Notes under the pieces: model-generated | What the model saw: only the letters and a program-made list of their open reading frames with translations | Database searches by the model: none | Told to the model about the DNA's origin: nothing | Assembly (NCBI GenBank): GCA_900768535.1 | Contig: CAAGDE010000076.1 | Span: 23,317-87,316, forward strand | DNA: 64,000 bases | DNA from: Clostridia bacterium | Lineage (GTDB): Bacteria > Bacillota > Clostridia > Oscillospirales > CAG-272 | Direction: 5' to 3' | Shown here: one piece after another, positions 27,417 through 37,510 of the stretch | Numbering within the stretch: position 1 is the stretch's first letter | Layout: each line of letters starts with the position of its first letter | Translations under genes and position numbers: made by a program

Positions 27417-28361
27417 ATGGATAAGATCGTACTGGAACACATTACCTATATATACGGAAAGGGAACGCCGTTTGAGCAGACCGCGCTGGACGATGTGAGC
27501 CTCTCTGTCCGGGAAAACCGCATCACGGGGATCATCGGACACACGGGAAGCGGCAAATCGACCATGATGCAGCTGCTCAACGGACTGTCCCAGCCGACCG
27601 CAGGCAGAATCCTCCTGGACGGCTATGACATCAACACCAAGCCGGAGGACGTCTATGACGCATGGAGCCGGCTTCCGGAATATGCAGGACTGTCCGCCCG
27701 GCGCGCCAGACGGGCAATCCGGGAGGAGGTTGCCCGCCGCCGCAGAAGGCTCTGCTTCCGCGTGGGGCTGGTCATGCAGTACCCGGAGTACCAGCTGTTT
27801 GAAGAAACGGCATACAGGGACATTGCCTACGGACCCGGAAACATGGGACTGCCGCAGGAGGAGATTGACGAACGCGTCCGGGAGGCGGCACAGTGGTGCG
27901 GCGTAACGCCGGAGCTGCTCGACCGCTCGCCGTTCGATCTCTCCGGCGGACAGAAGCGGCGGGTCGCCATTGCCGGTGTGGTTGCCATGCGCCCGGAGGT
28001 GCTGATTCTGGATGAGCCTGCCGCGGGACTGGATCCCGTCGGACGGGAGCAGATTTTTGACGGTATCCGGACGTACCGGGAGCGGACCGGCTCCACGGTG
28101 GTGATCGTCAGCCACAGCATGGAGGATATGGCGCAGTACTGCGATGACGTGATCGTTCTTGCCAATGCAAAGGTGATTCTGCAGGGCGACCGTGAAACGG
28201 TCTACGCGCACGGAGATCTGCTGGAGAAAACCGGATTGGATGTGCCGCAGATCACGCGACTGATCGGAATGCTCCGGAAAAGGGGCTTTGATCTGCCCGC
28301 CAACATCTACACGGTCGACCGCGCATATGATGTTCTGCGCGAAAGGCTCTGCGGGAGGTGA
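27417..28361 (+). CDS. ecfA2: ECF transporter ATPase component EcfA2 (with Arg-rich insertion between Walker A and Q-loop)
   Basis: 314 aa with GHTGSGKST, LSGGQKRRVAIAG and ILDEPAAGLD. Confidence 0.9.
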   Translation: MDKIVLEHITYIYGKGTPFEQTALDDVSLSVRENRITGIIGHTGSGKSTMMQLLNGLSQPTAGRILLDGYDINTKPEDVYDAWSRLPEYAGLSARRARRAIREEVARRRRRLCFRVGLVMQYPEYQLFEETAYRDIAYGPGNMGLPQEEIDERVREAAQWCGVTPELLDRSPFDLSGGQKRRVAIAGVVAMRPEVLILDEPAAGLDPVGREQIFDGIRTYRERTGSTVVIVSHSMEDMAQYCDDVIVLANAKVILQGDRETVYAHGDLLEKTGLDVPQITRLIGMLRKRGFDLPANIYTVDRAYDVLRERLCGR

Positions 28362-28365
28362 CGGA

Positions 28366-29190
28366 ATGAAACAGATTGCATTCGGGCAATACTATCCCGC
28401 CGACTCTCCCTTGCACCGCGCCGATGCCAGGGCGAAGATCGTTACGGCGATTCTGTATATCGTGGCGGTCTTTCTGTGCAAAAACGCGCTCTGCTTTGCG
28501 GCGCTGGCGCTGTCGGCGGTTCTTCTGGTCACACTCAGCCGCATTCCGCTCCGGCTGATCCTGTCCACGCTCAGGCCGCTGATCCTCATTATCACGCTGA
28601 CCTCGGTCATCAATATCTTCTTCACCAAGGGAGAGACGCTCCTGACGCCGGAAGCCTGGAAGCTTCACATCTATGCAGAGGGGCTTTGGACCGCCCTGTT
28701 CATGGTTCTGCGGATCACGGTCCTTCTTGTGGCGAGCGGCGTGTTTCTGACCTTTACCACCACGCCGATTGCGCTGACGGACGCGCTGGAATCGCTGATG
28801 CTTCCGCTTGCAAAGCTGCATCTTCCGGTACATGACCTGGCAATGATTACGACCATTGCCCTGCGGTTCATCCCGACCCTGAGCGAGGAGACCGAGAAGA
28901 TCATGAACGCGCAGAAGGCAAGGGGCGCCGATTTTTCAAGCGGCGGACTGATCCGGCGGGCAAAGGCACTGCTTCCCATCTTCATTCCGCTCCTGTCCTC
29001 GGCGTTCAAGCGTGCCGATGAGCTGGCAAACGCGATGGACTGCCGCTGTTATCACGGCGGAGAGGGCAGAACCCGGCTCAATGTACCGAAATTCCGGATA
29101 GGGGATGCGGTGATGATCCTGCTTGCCGCGGCGTTCGGCACCGGCATCTTTTTTCTGAACCGTCTCGGTATCGGGTACACGATGAAATGA
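28366..29190 (+). CDS. ecfT: ECF transporter transmembrane component EcfT
   Basis: ATG at 28366, 5 nt after the ecfA2 stop. A polytopic membrane protein with the coupling motif NAQKARGADF. Confidence 0.85.
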   Translation: MKQIAFGQYYPADSPLHRADARAKIVTAILYIVAVFLCKNALCFAALALSAVLLVTLSRIPLRLILSTLRPLILIITLTSVINIFFTKGETLLTPEAWKLHIYAEGLWTALFMVLRITVLLVASGVFLTFTTTPIALTDALESLMLPLAKLHLPVHDLAMITTIALRFIPTLSEETEKIMNAQKARGADFSSGGLIRRAKALLPIFIPLLSSAFKRADELANAMDCRCYHGGEGRTRLNVPKFRIGDAVMILLAAAFGTGIFFLNRLGIGYTMK

Positions 29191-29984
29191 GCATGAAACT
29201 GTTACTGAAAATCAGCTATCTCGGCACCCGCTACGCCGGATACCAGGTCCAGCCGAATGCGGATACCGTCCAGCGGCGGCTCAACCTTGCCGCAGAGCGT
29301 CTGTTCGGGCATCCATGCGACATTGTCGGGTGCAGCCGGACGGACAGCGGTGTCCACGCAAAGAGCTTCTGCGCGGCGGTGACGAAGCAGGGAACGGACA
29401 GTCTGGAAACAGAGATTCCCGTCGCCCGGATTCCGCTGGCGTTTTCCGCCAATCTCCCGCCGGATATCTGCGTATACGACGCGTGCTTTGTGCCGGAGGC
29501 GTTCCACCCGCGCTACGGCGTGGTTATGAAGGAATATCTCTATCGGATTTTCAACCGCCCGGTGCGCGATCCGTTTGAAGAGGGCCGTTCCTGCCATCTT
29601 CCGAAGCCGCTGTCCGACGCCGCGCTTGCCCGGATGGCACAGGCGGCGGAGCACCTCCGTGGACGGCACGATTTCTCCGCCTTCATGGCGCAGGGCTCGA
29701 AGATCGTTGACCCGGTGCGCACGGTGTATGCGTCGGAGATTGCAAGAACGGGGGACATTGTCAGCTACCGTGTCCGTGCGGACGGATTCCTGTATCACAT
29801 GGTGCGGATCCTGGCGGGAACGCTGACGGAGGTCGGGGAAGGGAAGCTGGATCCCGCCGACATTCCGGACATTCTTGCATCGCGTGACCGCTCCCGCGCC
29901 GGCAGAACGCTCCCGGCGTGCGGACTGTACCTGAACCGGGTGTTCTACCCGGCGGACCCGTTCGGGGGAGGTGATGTGCCATGA
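29187..29984 (+). CDS. truA: tRNA pseudouridine(38-40) synthase
   Basis: 265 aa with ISYLGTRYAGYQVQ and the catalytic CSRTDSGVHA. Confidence 0.93.
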   Translation: MSMKLLLKISYLGTRYAGYQVQPNADTVQRRLNLAAERLFGHPCDIVGCSRTDSGVHAKSFCAAVTKQGTDSLETEIPVARIPLAFSANLPPDICVYDACFVPEAFHPRYGVVMKEYLYRIFNRPVRDPFEEGRSCHLPKPLSDAALARMAQAAEHLRGRHDFSAFMAQGSKIVDPVRTVYASEIARTGDIVSYRVRADGFLYHMVRILAGTLTEVGEGKLDPADIPDILASRDRSRAGRTLPACGLYLNRVFYPADPFGGGDVP

Positions 29985-31183
29985 AGCGGCAGGGGGAACG
30001 TGCCAAAATCCGCCTTGACAGACCGCTGGACGCCTACTATGAGGGCATCTCCGAGCGCTTCGGCATCGCGCAGGTTCTGCTTTATCTTTCCCTTCTGGTG
30101 TTTGTCGTGCTGTCGCTCATCAGCAATACCCGGCTTCTGACCTATCAGAATTTCTACTATTTCTTCCGCGATCTCGGCGCATCGGCGGAAACGGTGGACG
30201 TTCTGCACACGGACGGTCTGACCTACCCGACCGATGCCTCGCAGAGCTTCACGCTCTACCGGCAGGGGCTTGCCGTTGCGGGTGAAACATCCGTTACGGT
30301 TTTCACGCCGTCCGGCAGACAGGTCATCAGCCAGAAGGTGCAGTACAGCAACCCAGCGGCGGTCGGCTCCGGCAAATATCTGCTGGTGTACGAAGCGGAC
30401 GGACTGCAGTATTCGCTCTACAATTCCTATGCGCAGGTCTACGCGGGAAAGAGTGCAAACGCCATCCGCGCGGCGGCAGTCTCGGAATCGGGCGCGTATC
30501 TGCTGCTCTCCGCATCGGAGAATTTCCCCTCCGAGATGGAGCTTTACGACTCCGATTTCGAGCGCATCGGATATTACACGCTCTATTCCCATGTCACGGA
30601 TGTAGCCATCAACCGCAAGGGAACGGTGTTTGCCTTTCTGACCTCGGAGATCGCGGACGGTGTCTGCCGGACAACCGTGCGCATCTATGAGACGGGGAAG
30701 CGGGAGCCGGTCGCCGTCACAACCGTCGGAAGCAGTCTGGGGCTTTCCTGCGCATTTACCGATTCCGGAACGCTGTCGGTCATCTGCCGGGACGGCTACG
30801 TGACGCTTTCCGCGCGCGGAGAGCTCCTGCAGGACTACCGGTTTGACGGCGCACGGATTCTTTCTGCCGACCAAAGCCGTGACGGATGTGCGATGATTCT
30901 GAAAAAAAACGGAATTTCTTCAAAAAAAGAAGCAATCGCATTTGACAAAAGCGGGAAAATGTTGTATAATAAAGATATTACCGAAACGGCGGACAGCATC
31001 CGGCTGTCCGGGGACGCGATTTTTCTGCTCTGCGCGGACGGTGTAACGAGAATCCGCACTGACTCCGGGCGGGAGCAGAGGATTGCCTGCGTGACCGATC
31101 AGCGCTTCCTCTTGGCGTATGACGACAGCTGTGTGCTGGTCTGTTCCTCCAAGCGGGCGGTGTTCTGCCGGTTCGGAAACTAA
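29981..31183 (+). CDS. membrane-anchored protein of unknown function (resembles DUF5711-type proteins; from memory, unverified)
   Basis: 400 aa. A single N-terminal TM (IAQVLLYLSLLVFVVLSLI) followed by a beta-rich repetitive region. ATGA overlap with truA. Confidence 0.6.
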   Translation: MKRQGERAKIRLDRPLDAYYEGISERFGIAQVLLYLSLLVFVVLSLISNTRLLTYQNFYYFFRDLGASAETVDVLHTDGLTYPTDASQSFTLYRQGLAVAGETSVTVFTPSGRQVISQKVQYSNPAAVGSGKYLLVYEADGLQYSLYNSYAQVYAGKSANAIRAAAVSESGAYLLLSASENFPSEMELYDSDFERIGYYTLYSHVTDVAINRKGTVFAFLTSEIADGVCRTTVRIYETGKREPVAVTTVGSSLGLSCAFTDSGTLSVICRDGYVTLSARGELLQDYRFDGARILSADQSRDGCAMILKKNGISSKKEAIAFDKSGKMLYNKDITETADSIRLSGDAIFLLCADGVTRIRTDSGREQRIACVTDQRFLLAYDDSCVLVCSSKRAVFCRFGN

Positions 31184-31205
31184 CAAAAAAGGAGACATAC
31201 CCAAA

Positions 31206-31904
31206 ATGCAGTACATGTTTGATATTTGCGCGGTCGTCATTGCGGCGGTGATCATTTTCACCTGCGCACGGAAAGGCTTTTTCCTGACCATTCTCAGCTT
31301 TTTCAAGTTCCTTCTGTCGGTTCTGGCGGCGTATTTCTTCGGCGGCAGACTCGGCGCCCTTTTGGGAACCGCCTTCATCAATCAGGCGGTTTACGATTCG
31401 ATCTACAAAAAGTTCAATGAAATCTACGTCAGCGCCTCCGCCGGCTTCAATGTCGAAAGCATCAAAAGCGCCATCCCGAAATTTCTGCAGACAGACGATA
31501 TGATGGCAAAGCTCAACGGGCTGGAGGGGTCCGGCGCGGAGCTGGTGGAGTCGATGTCAAAGACGGTCTCGGACGCGCTGTCGGCGGTGATCTGCACCGT
31601 GGTCGGTGCCGTTCTGATGTTCCTTATTGCCATGCTGGTGCTGACGATCGTGTATGCGGTGCTCAAAGCCATCAAATCGAAAATCAAGCTGCTCGGCATC
31701 GCCGACGGTGTGCTGGGCGCGGTGCTTGGCTGTCTGATTTCCTGCATCGCCCTGATGCTGTTCGGGTCGCTGGTGAAGCTGTTCTTCGGCACAACCGATG
31801 CTTACGCCGCGTCCAAGCTGGTAAAATTCTTCGGAGACGCAACCATTTCCGATTTCTTCGGCTGGCTGAACATCGGCAAATGGATCGATAAAATCAAAGG
31901 ATAA
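31206..31904 (+). CDS. cvpA: CvpA-family membrane protein
   Basis: ATG at 31206 follows AAAAGGAGACA. 232 aa with about 4 TM segments. The N-terminus MQYMFDICAVVIAAVIIFTCARKGFF is CvpA-like. Confidence 0.6.
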   Translation: MQYMFDICAVVIAAVIIFTCARKGFFLTILSFFKFLLSVLAAYFFGGRLGALLGTAFINQAVYDSIYKKFNEIYVSASAGFNVESIKSAIPKFLQTDDMMAKLNGLEGSGAELVESMSKTVSDALSAVICTVVGAVLMFLIAMLVLTIVYAVLKAIKSKIKLLGIADGVLGAVLGCLISCIALMLFGSLVKLFFGTTDAYAASKLVKFFGDATISDFFGWLNIGKWIDKIKG

Positions 31905-31922
31905 AACGGAAGGTTATTTGGC

Positions 31923-34253
31923 ATGACCATGTGTTCGCAATGCCACAAGCGCGTGGCGGTGGTGTTTATGACAAGGGTGGAGAACGGGGAGAAAACCACC
32001 CGCGGCTTCTGCATGAAGTGCGCAAAGGAGTTCGGCGTACCGATCGACAACATTGTCGGAAACGTCATCGATCAGCTCGGAATCTCCCCGGAGCAGCTCG
32101 AAAGTGCGGAAAACGACCTCGGCGAAATGCTGGGGCAGGCGCTCAAGCCCTCCGACTGCGACGATCCGGCGGACGGCGGCGCACCGGCAATCGATTTTCC
32201 GAAGCTCTTCCGCGATGCCGGACTGGTGCCGCCGGATGCGTCACGGTCGGCGGACGGCGCGCCGGGAGAGAAGGCAAAGCCCGAACGCCGGCGGGAAAAG
32301 GAGCGGGAAAAAGAGCAGAAAAAGCTGAAATTTCTGACCACTTACTGCCGGAACCTGACGCAGTTTGCGCGGGAAGGGAAGCTCGACAACATTGTCGGTC
32401 GGGATCGGGAGCTTGCCCGCGTGATTCAGATTCTCTGCCGCAGACAGAAGAACAATCCCTGCCTGATCGGGGAACCCGGCGTGGGAAAGACCGCAATCGC
32501 CGAGGCGCTTGCCATTCGTGTGACCGCCGGAAACGTGCCCTACAAGCTGCGCGGGAAGGAGATCTACCTGGTCGACATGACCGCGCTGGTTGCCGGAACG
32601 CAGTTCCGCGGGCAGTTCGAATCACGCATTCTGGGGCTTCTCGCCGAGGTGCGTGAGGTGGGCAACGCAATCCTCGTGATTGATGAAGTGCACAACATTG
32701 TCGGCACCGGCGAGGCGGAGGGGAGCGTCAATGCGGCGAACATCCTCAAGCCGGCTCTGTCGCGCGGAGAAGTGCAGGTGATCGGTGCCACCACGCTCAA
32801 CGAGTACCGCAAGTATATCGAAAAGGATTCCGCACTGGAGCGCAGGTTCCAGCCGGTCACGGTGAACGAGCCGTCCGTGGCGGAATCCGTGGAGATGCTG
32901 CAGGGCATCAAGCACTATTATGAGGATTTCCACGGGGTGCATATCCCGGATGAGATCCTGCGCCGGGCGGTGGTGCTGTCCGAGCGCTATATCACCGACC
33001 GCTTTCTGCCGGACAAGGCGATTGACCTGATCGACGAAGCGGCGGCGCACCGGTCGCTCTCATCGGCAGTGCTGGGCGAAAGCTATGAGATCCGCGATAA
33101 GCTGCTGGGGCTCCGCACCGAGCGGGAGGCACTGGAGGGCGAGATTGCCGGGAACGGACAGGCGGAGAATCAGTGCTATGAAGAAATCTCCAAAATCCAG
33201 TCCGAGGAGCTGCGGCTGTCCGCGCGCCTGAACGAGCTGGAGCCGGAGGCGGAGCGCATTGCGCTGACCGAGGACGATATTGCCGACGTGATCGAGCTTT
33301 GGACGGGCATTCCGGCAAGCAGCATCACGGAGAACGAGTTCGAGCAGATCGACCGGCTGGAGGAGCGCCTGCGCGAGCATATCGTCGGGCAGGACGAGGC
33401 GGTATCGGCGGTTGCAAGAGCCATCAAGCGGAACCGGGCAGGCATTTCCTATAAGCGGAAGCCGGTGTCCTTCATTTTTGCGGGTCCCACCGGCGTCGGA
33501 AAGACCGAGCTGGTCCGGACGCTGGCAAACGACCTGTTTCATTCGCCCGAAACGCTGATCCGGCTGGATATGTCGGAATTCATGGAAAAACACGCGGTGT
33601 CCCGCCTGATCGGGGCGCCTCCCGGATATGTCGGATACGATGAAGCGGGACAGCTGACCGAGAAGATCCGCCGCCGCCCGTATTCCATCGTTCTCTTTGA
33701 CGAGATCGAAAAGGCACACCCGGACGTGCTGAACATTCTGCTCCAGATTCTGGATGACGGCAGAGTGACCGATGCGCGCGGAAAGACCGTCAATTTCGAG
33801 AATACCGTGATTGTCATGACCACCAATGCGGGATCCGACCGTTCGGCGGCAACGGCGGGCTTCTCGGCAAGCGAGCAGAGCGCCGCGCAGGATCAGACGC
33901 AGAAGGCGCTGTCATCCTTCCTGCGACCGGAATTCCTCAACCGCGTGGACGAGATCATCACCTTCCGCTCGCTGGACCGTGCGGATTTCGTGCGCATTGC
34001 GTCCATCATGCTGGGAGAGCTTGCCTCGGCACTGGCGGAAAAGCACATCACGCTGACCGTCACCGATGCCGCAAAGGAACGGGTGGCGGAACAGTCCTTC
34101 TCCCGTGCCTACGGGGCAAGAAATATGCGGCGGTATATTCAGAAGGAGATTGAAGACCGTCTTGCCGCAGAGCTGATTTCCGGCTATGACCGCCATTATA
34201 CGGAGGCAACGGTGGACGCGGACGAAAACGGAATCACGGTTCACTGCCGGTGA
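31923..34253 (+). CDS. clpE: Clp/Hsp100 double-AAA+ ATPase with N-terminal zinc ribbon (ClpE-like)
   Basis: 776 aa. C4-x2-C7...C30-x2-C33, then a charged linker. AAA-1 [12 protein letters not shown] and AAA-2 [12 protein letters not shown] short middle domain. The AGF tripeptide (ATAGFSAS) sits where the ClpP-docking loop is expected. Confidence 0.85.
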   Translation: MTMCSQCHKRVAVVFMTRVENGEKTTRGFCMKCAKEFGVPIDNIVGNVIDQLGISPEQLESAENDLGEMLGQALKPSDCDDPADGGAPAIDFPKLFRDAGLVPPDASRSADGAPGEKAKPERRREKEREKEQKKLKFLTTYCRNLTQFAREGKLDNIVGRDRELARVIQILCRRQKNNPCLIGEPGVGKTAIAEALAIRVTAGNVPYKLRGKEIYLVDMTALVAGTQFRGQFESRILGLLAEVREVGNAILVIDEVHNIVGTGEAEGSVNAANILKPALSRGEVQVIGATTLNEYRKYIEKDSALERRFQPVTVNEPSVAESVEMLQGIKHYYEDFHGVHIPDEILRRAVVLSERYITDRFLPDKAIDLIDEAAAHRSLSSAVLGESYEIRDKLLGLRTEREALEGEIAGNGQAENQCYEEISKIQSEELRLSARLNELEPEAERIALTEDDIADVIELWTGIPASSITENEFEQIDRLEERLREHIVGQDEAVSAVARAIKRNRAGISYKRKPVSFIFAGPTGVGKTELVRTLANDLFHSPETLIRLDMSEFMEKHAVSRLIGAPPGYVGYDEAGQLTEKIRRRPYSIVLFDEIEKAHPDVLNILLQILDDGRVTDARGKTVNFENTVIVMTTNAGSDRSAATAGFSASEQSAAQDQTQKALSSFLRPEFLNRVDEIITFRSLDRADFVRIASIMLGELASALAEKHITLTVTDAAKERVAEQSFSRAYGARNMRRYIQKEIEDRLAAELISGYDRHYTEATVDADENGITVHCR

Positions 34254-36934
34254 GCACGATGGAAGAGAAAAAACGTGTCCGGTGGTGCCGGACGGAAAAG
34301 GAGGAAGCCCTGCGGCTGCTCGCTTCGGACGGGCACCGGGGGCTTTCCCGGAAGGAAGCCTACAAAAGGCTCCGGCAGAACGGGAAAAACCGCTTCATGG
34401 AGCCGCCCCGGCAGGCACGCAGAATCCTTACGGGACTTCTGCGGGATCCCGTCCTGCTTCTGACCCTGATCTGCGGGGTTCTTTCGGTGTGCTTCGGAGA
34501 ACTCCTCAGCGGACTGCCGTTTCTCGTGCTGACTGCCGCGTGGGGAACGGCTTTTGTGTTCCGTCTCTTGCGCGGAATCAGCCGCCTGGAGACGAAAACC
34601 GCGTTCTCCGGCATCCCGCCCGTCACGGTCCTGCGGGAAGGGGAGGCGGTGCTTCTGCCCGGCACGCAGACCGTGCAGGGCGATGTGCTGATCCTGCATC
34701 CGGGGGACATCGTTCCCTGCGACTGCCGGCTGCTCTCCTCGGAGGAGCTGACCGTGCGCCTGGTGTGGAAGGAGGGCGACAAGCCGACCCCGCACCTCTA
34801 CCGGAAGGATGCCGGACAGCTGTATGCCTACGGTGACCGCACCTCGGCACCGGATTTTGAAAATATGGTCTACGGCGGCTCGGTCGTGGTGTCCGGCAGT
34901 GCCGTGGCGCTGGCGGTCGAGCTGGGGGAGACCTCCTTCCTCGGTGCCATGGGCGAGCGCTACCGACCGTCCGCAAAGCCGGCGGCGGGGGAAATGCTGG
35001 GCGGAATCCTGCCGTACTGCCGCCTGCTTTCGTTTGTGTCCCTTCTTTTGCTGTTCCTGACGGGGATCGTCTCCCTGTTCGCGGCGCCGCGTGCGTATAC
35101 ATCCCTGCGCGTATTCCTGCCGGTGTGTGTGATGACGGCTTCCGCATCGGTTGCCGTGACCGAGCTGTATTTTACGGCGCTCCTGTTCCGCAACCGCCGT
35201 GCGGCAATGTCCGGGGAAAAACGGGCGCGTGTTCTGATCCGCACCGATGCGGCAAATGAGGCGCTGCCGTACCTGGACACCCTGTTTGCGGTCGGCAGTG
35301 CCGCGTTCACGGACGGCAAACGGCATTTCCGGTCCGCCTGCACGGGCGACGGGGTTCTCACGGGCGGTGCGGCGCTGGGAGAGCTGACGGAAGCCTTCGT
35401 CCTGCTTGCAAAATCGAGAGAAGCGCTGTCCGCCGCACAGTGCGACCGCTTCACCGAGCCGGAGGACATGACCTACCTGGGTGAATTGCTCCGCCTGTGC
35501 CGGCCGGATCTGCACGCGCTGGACATCCGTCTGCGCGGCGTCAGCCTGCTTGCCGCCGGAGAGGAGGATCTGCTTGCGGTTTCGATGAGGGACGGAGCCT
35601 GCCGGCTGCACCTGTCCCACGGTATCGGTGCCGTTTCGGGCTGTTCCGGCGTGGCATCCGCGCGCGGAATTCTGCCCATGACACCGGCGATGTGGGAATC
35701 CTTTCTGCAATACTGTGCAGAGGAGGAGAAGCGGCACCGCGTGATCCGCACCGTGGTAAAGGAAAGCGGCGGGGTATCCGTCCTTTTGGGCGTTCTTTCC
35801 CTGGGAGAGGACGCGCTGCCGGACGTTCCGGAGCAGCTGGAGCGACTGCGGCGCACGGGTGTGCGGGTGTCGGTCTTTTACGACGGAGACGAAGAAGACG
35901 CCCGGCGGTATTTCCGTGAAATCTGCCCCGGAATTCCTGTTCTCGGTGCGGATGCCTTTGCCGAAGAAGCGGAACCGGACGATGCTCCCCGCGTCTATAC
36001 GGGTGTCCGCTCCGAGGATATCACGGAACGTCTGAAGGCGCTGAAAAAGCAGGGAAGGACCGTTGCGCTTCTGTGCAACCGCGGGGACGGCAGACAGATC
36101 TCCGGCGCGGCGGTCCGCATGGTGGCGGACGACTGCCACGCGCTGTTCTGTGACGGAGACGGAACCATGCCGGAGCCGCTTCCCGTCCGTATGCTTCCGA
36201 CAGGCGATCTCTGCACCCCGGATATGCGGGACCGCGCGGACGTGATTCTCTGCCGGGCGGGGCTGTCCGGCGGCGGAATCGCGGCAATCGAGCCGGTGGT
36301 GCGGCGGTCGCGGATCATGACCCGGCGGCTGGCGGCACTGCTCCGGAACCTGACCGTCCTGAAGACCGTGCGGATGCTGTTCTTCACACTCTGCGCCCTC
36401 TCCGGCATGGGACCGCCGACCGCCGCGGAAGCCTTCTGGTTCTGCTTCGGCGGGGATACTGCGGCACTTTGGGCGGCGCTGACGGGAACCGTCCGGCATC
36501 CGGAAAAACGCGCCTTCCGCCCAACCTACCGGAATCTGCTTGCCTTTTTCCGCGACCGGCGGCTGTGGCTCCCGGTGCTGCTTCCGCCGGCGGCGGTCTG
36601 GATCATCGCGACCGTCCTGCGCGTCACGGGACTGCTGTCCGAAGAGGCGGCGCAATCTCTGCCCGCCGTGGGTCTTGCCCTCCTGCAAACGGTTCTGCTG
36701 ATCTTCGCGGAGCCCGATGACGTCCGCATGAAGGAGCCGCGCGGGTATGCGGCGCTTGCGGCATTTTTCGTCGCACCGCTGCTCCCGGCAATCCTTCTGT
36801 CGGTTCTGATTCCGGCGGTCGGACGGGTCACCGGGCTCGGCACCTGGTCCCCGGCATCGGTCGTTCTCGTGGCGGTCTGCTTTCTCGGCATTCTTGCCGG
36901 CACGGTTCCGCTCTCCCGCAAAGACAGGAAATAG
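34250..36934 (+). CDS. P-type ATPase homologue lacking the catalytic signature motifs (probable pseudo-enzyme)
   Basis: 894 aa. Cation_ATPase_N-like start (GLSRKEAYKRLRQNGKNRF) and actuator-like PGDIVPCDCRLL. VWKEGDK replaces TGES, VGSAAFT replaces DKTGT and RGDGRQ replaces GDGxND. TM segments lie at both ends. GTG 34250 or ATG 34259. Confidence 0.8.
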   Translation: MSTMEEKKRVRWCRTEKEEALRLLASDGHRGLSRKEAYKRLRQNGKNRFMEPPRQARRILTGLLRDPVLLLTLICGVLSVCFGELLSGLPFLVLTAAWGTAFVFRLLRGISRLETKTAFSGIPPVTVLREGEAVLLPGTQTVQGDVLILHPGDIVPCDCRLLSSEELTVRLVWKEGDKPTPHLYRKDAGQLYAYGDRTSAPDFENMVYGGSVVVSGSAVALAVELGETSFLGAMGERYRPSAKPAAGEMLGGILPYCRLLSFVSLLLLFLTGIVSLFAAPRAYTSLRVFLPVCVMTASASVAVTELYFTALLFRNRRAAMSGEKRARVLIRTDAANEALPYLDTLFAVGSAAFTDGKRHFRSACTGDGVLTGGAALGELTEAFVLLAKSREALSAAQCDRFTEPEDMTYLGELLRLCRPDLHALDIRLRGVSLLAAGEEDLLAVSMRDGACRLHLSHGIGAVSGCSGVASARGILPMTPAMWESFLQYCAEEEKRHRVIRTVVKESGGVSVLLGVLSLGEDALPDVPEQLERLRRTGVRVSVFYDGDEEDARRYFREICPGIPVLGADAFAEEAEPDDAPRVYTGVRSEDITERLKALKKQGRTVALLCNRGDGRQISGAAVRMVADDCHALFCDGDGTMPEPLPVRMLPTGDLCTPDMRDRADVILCRAGLSGGGIAAIEPVVRRSRIMTRRLAALLRNLTVLKTVRMLFFTLCALSGMGPPTAAEAFWFCFGGDTAALWAALTGTVRHPEKRAFRPTYRNLLAFFRDRRLWLPVLLPPAAVWIIATVLRVTGLLSEEAAQSLPAVGLALLQTVLLIFAEPDDVRMKEPRGYAALAAFFVAPLLPAILLSVLIPAVGRVTGLGTWSPASVVLVAVCFLGILAGTVPLSRKDRK

Positions 36935-36989
36935 TTTCCGCCGACGCTGCATATACTGTACCGAGTATCCATATCTGGAGGATCATCGG

Positions 36990-37304
36990 ATGAAACGGTA
37001 CAGTACGGCGGAATTGCGCAGGCTGGAGGTGGTCAACCTCTGCGACGGCGCACGGCTCGGATATGCGGAGGATTTTGAATTCGAGGCGGAAGGGGACTGC
37101 TCGCGGATCCTTTCTCTGATTATTGCGGGAGGCGGCGGCTTCCTCGGCTTCGGGCGGGAGGACGATCTGGTCATTCCCTGGTGCCGGGTGGAGTGCATCG
37201 GCGAGGACACCATCCTTGTCCGGCTGACCCAGCAGGAATTCGGCAATTGCCTGTGCGGCAGAAAAAGCGGTGACCGACACCTGTTCGGAAAGCGCAAATG
37301 TTAA
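36990..37304 (+). CDS. ylmC: YlmC/YmxH-family sporulation protein (PRC-barrel)
   Basis: ATG at 36990 follows GGAGGA. MKRYSTAELRRLEVVNLCDGARLGY..VIPWCRVECIGEDTILV. Confidence 0.8.
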   Translation: MKRYSTAELRRLEVVNLCDGARLGYAEDFEFEAEGDCSRILSLIIAGGGGFLGFGREDDLVIPWCRVECIGEDTILVRLTQQEFGNCLCGRKSGDRHLFGKRKC

Positions 37305-37331
37305 AAAAATGTTAAATCAAGAGAATACGCA

Positions 37332-37360
37332 TTGCAAAAAGCGGCAAAGTATGGTATAAT
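37332..37360 (+). promoter_or_regulatory. promoter of rpsB-tsf
   Basis: TTGCAA (37332-37337), 17-nt spacer, TGG-TATAAT (37352-37360). Confidence 0.6.
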
Positions 37361-37510
37361 TCAATGTAATTGTGCCGGACTGCCGCTTTTTGCGTCGGGC
37401 GGTGCAAAATAATACACACACCGGACGAAAATCGCTGCGGTGCCGTACCGTGCGGTGCGGTTGGGGCGGATGCGTCGCGGTGGTGGAAAAACCGAAGGAG
37501 GACATGAATC

